From positions 1 through 54,975 of the forward strand of contig JAUCBJ010007676.1 in assembly GCA_032718475.1 (NCBI GenBank): a stretch of DNA of 54,975 nucleotides, written 5' to 3'. Under the pieces are notes generated by a model that saw nothing but the letters and a program-made list of their open reading frames with translations, was not told the origin of the DNA and did not search any database. A program made the position numbers and the translations under genes. Shown one piece after another: positions 52,514-54,975 of the stretch (position 1 is the stretch's first letter; every line of letters starts with the position of its first letter). The DNA comes from Nemertoderma westbladi (Eukaryota > Animalia > Xenacoelomorpha).

Positions 52514-53051
52514 TGTTAGCTTATCCAATTCCGCTAACACAAACCCATAGAGTGAGCCGATAAGCAATATTGGGGGCCACGAGGTTGGTTACCCAATCTT
52601 GTGTCACCCCAACAAAGTGGGAAGGAAAAACGCACAATAAGGGTCAGGGGCCAAACCCCTAACAGAGAGAGAACAGCAGGAGTGAAGGGAAACACTCCAA
52701 AGGGTGCCAACACGGATATTAGCCAATGGGGGGACAGCATCGACTAGGTACTGTAACAAGGCCAAACCGTGCAATATATTACCGGTCGATGCAATCAGTT
52801 ATTCAGTTTACTCAGTCAGCTCAGTAGGGTGGAACGGTGACTTCTATCACCGTCCGCTACCGCCATCACGTGTAATACTTCTGTACTTATCTACCGGTAA
52901 CCAGTTATCCATGTCTGCTATATCAACTATATTATACCTTTCTACATATTACCGAACATCAGAACTCTAAACGAACCTTTTCATATACACGGCGGGGACG
53001 CGTAGATAGAAAACCCAAACGGATAAACCGGGATCCGTAGATCCCGTCACA
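52514..53051 (+). repeat. 3' LTR (538 bp)
   Basis: TGTTAGC...CCCGTCACA followed by TSD TCCCA. Confidence 0.96.
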
Positions 53052-53894
53052 TCCCATTCACATTCACGTTCCTCCCATTCACATTCACGTTCCTCCCATT
53101 CACGTTCGTTTTATGTTTCTCATTAATTCTCTTCACTCTTCTTTACTTCTTTACTTATTCTTTCTTTTCTCACGTTCCTCTATGGATTTATTTTTCCGAG
53201 CCACAACTGAGGATGCTATTGACTCACAGATACTCCCCTCACTCTCACATTCTTCCACTTTGCTGATGGAATCTTCAGGAATTTAATCCTTCCGTTTCCA
53301 CCTGGGTAGGACTGCGTATCAACTGACCTCCTACTGTTAACTTTAAATCGAGTTCGCCTTCCCTTATTTTACCCTTAATATATTGTCTCATGGCTGAGAT
53401 TTTATGTGGTTCACTTATTTGAGTTACCCTGTATAAATGGTAGTTTATTTTACTCAAATATCTACTTATCTCTCCTGCTGGTGCCATCGTTTGAGACTTC
53501 CCGACCATCTTGTTGATGTCTTCCCTCAGATCCCTTGAAAATCTCGTCCTCGTTCTCCTCCTGCCGCCTCTTGGTGTGGTTATGGATCGTGTCGTCGTAG
53601 TCGATGGTAGTCTCTTCCTGAATTTAGGAGGTAGACTCGCTCCACCGATGGAGTCAGAGGCTCTGGGAAGTGGAGGTCGAGTTTTTACCCCACTCCCCCC
53701 ATCGCCCACCTTTAGGGGCCTCCTGCTGTCGCCCGGGAACTGAGCTCGCCTTCCCCCCGCAGGGTAGGGTCGCTCAACGGGTACCCAGACACCAATCTGT
53801 TCGTTCCAATCGTCACGTTCGTGATTTCCATTGAGTCAGGGAAGGACTGGGCTGATATAAATGCATTGAAAACTTCAGACAGGTAAAATGCCAA
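53052..53894 (-). pseudogene. Probable N-terminal gag region of the old - strand BEL/Pao relic (continues through the minisatellite to ~38370)
   Basis: ORFs 53712-53894 and 53275-53709 are separated by one stop; downstream ESIASSVVARKNKSIEEREKR resembles SATSSAKERRVRESER of the 45880 ORF and leads into the WEERERE repeats. Confidence 0.5.
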
Positions 53895-54975
53895 AGGTTC
53901 AGCAGCTAATTTGACTGGAGATATACGGATTGGGTCGTGATTAAGTAGATTTGTGGATTGGGATTCCCAGAATGTTATTATATTGTAGATTCATACAGGA
54001 CATGAGTTAATACCGGTAAGTGCAAAGGAATTGTAGGGACTGTGTTGGACATTGTGTGGCCGTAACCTCAAACACGCATCTTAAGAGGGTGGGTAGAATA
54101 AAGTCCGTAAGCCAATATCATATGTACACATGTATAATAAATTCTAAAAGAATTGGTTGGGTATCCCACCCGAGCCACCATATCAGGACGCCATGCGTCA
54201 ATTGTGGCAACAATGTATATAAACAAGTAATAGTAATCGAACTGAGTACAATCAAAACAATAAACCTCATCCTAGAGCGTACCTATATCCAGCACTACAA
54301 AGTAATATAATACTGTATTGAACCAAATTAGCTGCCACAATAAACCCCTCACCGTGGCAATGTGTAATAATAATAGATAAATAGACCAAGAGTTATATTA
54401 ACACATATTGATACATTGAGTTTATAGCTGGAAATTTCCGACATCAAACTGCAAAATAAATAATAAAAATGTTAAAGTAATAAAATTGTAACAGTGAAAA
54501 TGTTTACTTATTTATAAAAACTTTAACTTTTCACCAAAAGTTATCATATCGTATTTGTTATTAGAAGACCGTTAGGACTTCTTACTGTAAAAGTATTCAC
54601 TATGTATGTATGTATGCATAGTATATCGGGTGAACTCCTCAGAAGCTATAGCTCACCCGTCAATGAAAGTTATATCAATCGACGCAGCTCAACCCCAGGA
54701 TGTGGACAAAAAAGTTTCGAAAAAAATAATATTTTCTTATCTATCTTTATCTATCTTTTTTTTATTTCTAAAAATAGCCTTAAAGCACGAAAATTGCCAT
54801 AGACTCAATGATAGAAACATCTGCTTTGATTGCTCATGAGGGCCTAGTAAGCTACTACTATTGATTGAATGGATAGGCCCAAACTGCACAGAAGTCCATT
54901 ACTTGCCAATAAGTTTATTACTATCTCACTGGGCCGTTCAAATGTTTTATAGGTTAATAATAATGACATTTAGGG

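Larger units (their letters stand above)
45216..53051 (+). mobile_element. Non-autonomous BEL/Pao LTR retrotransposon (gag + protease only; no RT, RNase H or integrase core)
   Basis: 538-bp LTRs TGTTAG...GTCACA with about 9 differences counted by eye; perfect 5-bp TSD TCCCA (45211-45215 and 53052-53056); PPT GGGGGGGAG before the 3' LTR. Confidence 0.95.

Noticed and set aside
54590-54830. Possible non-autonomous DNA transposon fragment
   Set aside because: Composition is suggestive, but no TIR pair or TSD could be identified in the window.

Overview
Repeat-rich animal (probably invertebrate) nuclear DNA with spliceosomal introns; nothing prokaryotic. In order: (1) the 5' end of a BEL/Pao LTR retrotransposon running off the left edge on the - strand; (2) a 5'-truncated CRE-like non-LTR retrotransposon with an uninterrupted 929-aa RT + restriction-like endonuclease ORF, whose stop codon abuts a histone H3 C-terminal fragment (E94 to stop), the whole bracketed by a 39-bp inverted repeat; (3) an L2/CR1 fragment and a 32-bp minisatellite; (4) an intron-containing secreted fibrinogen-related gene with MITEs in its introns; (5) a full-length, lightly decayed 17.7-kb BEL/Pao element (15480-33212) with a 2.1-kb DNA transposon in its 5' LTR and an extra zinc-knuckle ORF3 after pol; (6) a tRNA-derived SINE head, 57-bp and 45-bp tandem arrays and a probable terminal exon; (7) an old - strand BEL/Pao relic whose gag coiled-coil region has expanded into a 4.2-kb 21-bp minisatellite; (8) inserted in that array, a 7.8-kb gag-protease-only BEL/Pao element (538-bp LTRs, TCCCA TSD) with a hairpin array where pol should be. 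Top leads: a possible histone-H3-targeting retrotransposon, and possible tRNA-independent self-priming in both complete BEL/Pao elements. All calls were made by eye; no database searches were run.
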